Assembly: GCA_040217195.1 (NCBI GenBank)
Contig: JAVJNR010000003.1
Coordinates: 384,001 to 448,000 of the forward strand
DNA length: 64,000 bases
Source of the DNA: Leptospiraceae bacterium
GTDB lineage: Bacteria > Spirochaetota > Leptospiria > Leptospirales > Leptonemataceae
Reading direction: 5' to 3'
Of the stretch, positions 60,953 through 64,000 are shown piece by piece. A program made the translations under genes and the position numbers. Each line of letters opens with the position of its first letter. The stretch's first letter is position 1. Below the pieces are notes generated by a model, which saw only the letters and a program-made list of their open reading frames with translations, did no database searches and had not been told where the DNA came from.

Positions 60953-62593
60953 ATGGCGCAAATCCAGTATGAAAACTCCCAGACCATAGAGGCCGGTCCA
61001 GAAGATACAATTCTGGAAACCAGCCTGAAAAATGGCCTGGAACATATGCATGCCTGCGGTGGGAAGGCCCGTTGCTCAACCTGTCGTGTGCTGATCCTGG
61101 ACGGTCAGGAGAACCTGGAACCCAGAAATGAGCAGGAACGATCCCTGGCCAGGCGACGGGGACTGGAAAACAATGTACGCCTGGCTTGCCAGACTAAAGT
61201 CAAAGGTCCGGTTCACATTAGAAGACTGGTGCTGGACGATCAGGACTACGAATCGGTCCGGGACAGATCCGTAAGAACTACCGGTCGTGAAGAGAATGTA
61301 GCTATCCTGTTTAGCGATGTGCGAAACTTCACCAACTTTTCAGAGAAAAACCTCCCCTACGATATAATCCATCTATTGAACCGATACTTTGAAGCCATGG
61401 GAGAAGTGATTCTTTCCAACGGAGGCATTATAGATAAATACATAGGCGATGGACTGATGGCCAGTTTTGGTCTGAAAGAATCAGATCCGGTTTCAATTTG
61501 CGTTCGAGCAGTGAATGCAGGGTTGCAGATGCTGGAAAAGCTGGAAAAAGTAAATGAATATGCACGAAAACATCTGGACTATGAGCTAAAAATTGGTGTT
61601 GGAATTCATTACGGCTCCGTGGTTGTAGGCGAGCTGGGTCATCATAGCAATGCATCGTTCACTTTAATCGGGGACTCGGTAAACACCGCGGCAAGACTGG
61701 AATCCAAAACCAAACAGGCCAGAGCCCAGCTTCTGGTAAGCGAAGAAGTCTACAAAAATGTCCAGCCCTATGTGCAACGAGGCAGAGTATTTCGCGCACC
61801 ATTAAAAGGAAAGACCGGCGATTTCAAGATGTTCGAAATCGAGGCACTGGACCGAAACCGGGCCTGCGAACTGGTGGACCGGGTTTTTATGCTAACCCTG
61901 GAATCAACAGAAGTTCGAGCAAGAGGCAGCTATTTATTTCGCTTTGATCGTCCGGAGAATTTTCAATTCAAAGCAGGCCAATCCATTGAAGTTCGATTCC
62001 CCAGAGATTCAAGAACGGAAAGTCGAACCTTCTCCATCGCATCCGCCGAGCAGGATCCCTTTGTTGAAATGGTTACCAGAGATACCGGATCGGATTTTAA
62101 GAAACGGATGTTAGAAATGAAGCCTGGAGACCAGGTAATTGCTACATCTGCGGGAGGCCTTCTTACACTTCCAGAAAATCTGGAGGCTTCGCTTGTATTT
62201 CTCGCTGCAGGAATTGGTATTACCCCCCTTTACAGCATCATTCGGACTCTGCTGGCAAATAGGGAGAATGGTGCACAGGTTCCCGGAATGCTACTAATCA
62301 GTAGCAATAAGAATTATGATTCATTCCTCTTCCATAAAGAATTACTTCAGCTTTCCCAGACTCAAGGATTCTTCTATGTACCTACAGTTACCGGCGATCT
62401 TCCGGGGGACTGGAATGAAGAAGTGGGCAGAATTACCCCTGAAATGATACGTCGCCACCTGGTGGATGCGCAGAAAGCCCAGTATTTTATCGCAGGCCCC
62501 CCGGTGGCCGTTACCGATCTACGGGACACACTTACTTCCATGGGCATAGTAACTGGAAATATATTTACAGAAGAGTTCTACGGATATCAATGA
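60953..62593 (+). CDS. Triple fusion: 2Fe-2S ferredoxin + class III adenylate cyclase + FAD/NAD(P)-binding FNR-like reductase
   Basis: CGGKARCSTC...RLAC; LFSDVRNFT, DKYIGDG, FTLIGDSVNTAARLE; RTFSIAS, AAGIGITP, AGPP, EEF. Confidence 0.9.
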   Translation: MAQIQYENSQTIEAGPEDTILETSLKNGLEHMHACGGKARCSTCRVLILDGQENLEPRNEQERSLARRRGLENNVRLACQTKVKGPVHIRRLVLDDQDYESVRDRSVRTTGREENVAILFSDVRNFTNFSEKNLPYDIIHLLNRYFEAMGEVILSNGGIIDKYIGDGLMASFGLKESDPVSICVRAVNAGLQMLEKLEKVNEYARKHLDYELKIGVGIHYGSVVVGELGHHSNASFTLIGDSVNTAARLESKTKQARAQLLVSEEVYKNVQPYVQRGRVFRAPLKGKTGDFKMFEIEALDRNRACELVDRVFMLTLESTEVRARGSYLFRFDRPENFQFKAGQSIEVRFPRDSRTESRTFSIASAEQDPFVEMVTRDTGSDFKKRMLEMKPGDQVIATSAGGLLTLPENLEASLVFLAAGIGITPLYSIIRTLLANRENGAQVPGMLLISSNKNYDSFLFHKELLQLSQTQGFFYVPTVTGDLPGDWNEEVGRITPEMIRRHLVDAQKAQYFIAGPPVAVTDLRDTLTSMGIVTGNIFTEEFYGYQ

Positions 62594-62614
62594 ATCCTTA
62601 CTGGACCTCTACCA

Positions 62615-62632
62615 GACAGGCTATAGCCTGTC
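62615..62632. other. Perfect 18-bp palindrome downstream of the cyclase
   Basis: gacaggctatagcctgtc; no T-tract, so terminator role uncertain. Confidence 0.5.
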
Positions 62633-62815
62633 CTGCAAATGATTCGGCAAACCACTGGTTCTCACATTAAGAGTCTTCTATTCAGGTTATCTAAGAGAAA
62701 TCCTCCATGGATCTCTGGCAGCTCCCAGGACCGAGGGTCTGGAATTGCAAGTTTCGGCGGAGTCAGGCCAGGTATCATTTTCACAGGAATCTGGCCGAAT
62801 CCTGTGGCACTGCCC

Positions 62816-63817
62816 ATGGCATTCGCTCTTTCTTTCTTACTCTGTATAATGATTCTGCAGTCCACCGCTGCGCAGGCCAGCCCCGTATATTTCGAAGAGG
62901 TGGATTCCTGGCAGCCGGATACTGGGACGCAAGAGGCTATAGATAAAGCACATCAGCAAATTCGCGATGAGGCGGGACTATATGTATGCTTCATACTTGG
63001 TATGTACAACTTTGAAAATGAGCAGAAATACAGGAGTCTGGACCAGGAGCGCTGCGATGGATTTCTATTCATGCTGCCGGAGCGCATGGAGTATCATTCC
63101 AGAGATTTCGATTATGAGCATACAGGCCTGGGATTCGATGCCGCAGACGATGTCTGGGGCTCCAGTTATAAATTAAGCGAACTTGATTTTGTTCAGGATG
63201 CCAGACCCGACAATTTGCAGGCACTCCGAGTCAGGGCCTTTGCAGAACGATTAATACAGAAAAGCAATCATCCAAATTTTTACTGGCTTCGGGAGATTTA
63301 CGAAGAGGCCACAGAGGAGTATGTACTCCAGGCCTTATTAAACTATTCCATTGCCATGATCCTCGGACTGGTGCCGGTAACGATTTATCTGGTCTACAGA
63401 TTGCTTACCAGAAAGCTTTCCATTGGTTGGAAAGTGCATTTCCTGGTAGCAGTTTTATTACCATTGATTCTTCTGTTCGCTTATCTTCCGATTCTGGACA
63501 GTTTCTATGAACCATTAGAAAGCAATGCATATTCCCTGATGCCCATTCTAGGACTTGCTTACTCGTTCTGTGGATTCCTGGCCACTTTTCTGCTAGGACA
63601 AAGACTCCTGGGACTTTCAGATAAGCCTCCGTACTGGGCCATTTTCTTGATCTATTTACTGGCTCCTATTGCTCTACTAGCAGCGGGTGCAGCCAAAGGT
63701 GCCATTGCTTCGGCAGCAACCGGCGGCTCAAGTGGCAGTTCCGGAAAGGGTTCTGGAGGTGACCTTAAAGGAGGGGGAGGAACCTTTGGAGGTGGAGGCG
63801 CCAGCGGCGGATGGTAA
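62816..63817 (+). CDS. TPM-domain-like membrane protein with Gly-rich tail
   Basis: Signal peptide, soluble domain, four TMs, GGGGTFGGGGASGGW terminus; start uncertain. Confidence 0.7.
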   Translation: MAFALSFLLCIMILQSTAAQASPVYFEEVDSWQPDTGTQEAIDKAHQQIRDEAGLYVCFILGMYNFENEQKYRSLDQERCDGFLFMLPERMEYHSRDFDYEHTGLGFDAADDVWGSSYKLSELDFVQDARPDNLQALRVRAFAERLIQKSNHPNFYWLREIYEEATEEYVLQALLNYSIAMILGLVPVTIYLVYRLLTRKLSIGWKVHFLVAVLLPLILLFAYLPILDSFYEPLESNAYSLMPILGLAYSFCGFLATFLLGQRLLGLSDKPPYWAIFLIYLLAPIALLAAGAAKGAIASAATGGSSGSSGKGSGGDLKGGGGTFGGGGASGGW

Positions 63818-63863
63818 TTCGCCGCGAAGATGTCTGCGTATCCCATCGCTTTTATTCCGATCA

Positions 63864-64000
63864 TCAGATAAACAGCGAATGCATCAACGGAAGTGTTATG
63901 AATGAAATGGGAATACCAAGCCCGAGCATCAGTCCTGCCAGATCCGGGTCCATATCATATTCAATGCAAAGTATGCCAGCTGTAATCATGGGAGGCATGG
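63864..64000 (-). CDS. C-terminal end of an AEC-family (auxin efflux carrier-like) transporter, truncated by window edge
   Basis: Manual translation MPPMITAGILCIEYDMDPDLAGLMLGLGIPISFITLPLMHSLFI*. Confidence 0.75.
   Translation of the reverse strand, partial: MPPMITAGILCIEYDMDPDLAGLMLGLGIPISFITLPLMHSLFI

Overview
A gene-dense, apparently chromosomal 64 kb segment that looks spirochaetal (Leptospiraceae-like). This is inferred from the many spirochaete-type lipoprotein signal peptides, the bactofilin-M23 pair, a FliG-C-like protein and three class III cyclases. Housekeeping anchors (groES-groEL with two CIRCE-like operators, rpmE, hemN, rho) are interspersed with accessory genes. These include two MoxR-type AAA+ systems, a three-gene lipid-linked glycosylation cassette, a BLUF photoactivated adenylyl cyclase with a receiver protein, a GAF-GAF cyclase, and an unusual 2Fe-2S/cyclase/FNR triple fusion. 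Also present are an orphan RND permease behind a CsoR/RcnR-type operator, a DrrAB-like ABC exporter, many orphan lipoproteins, and two damaged genes (truncated GHL10, frameshifted Crp/Fnr). Non-coding highlights are a six-unit 32-33 bp phased repeat array upstream of groESL, a 121-bp-period duplication of the RND 3' end, and a candidate structured RNA between hemN and rho. I saw no rRNA, tRNA, CRISPR-cas, integrase or transposase. All calls come from manual motif recognition; no database searches were run.
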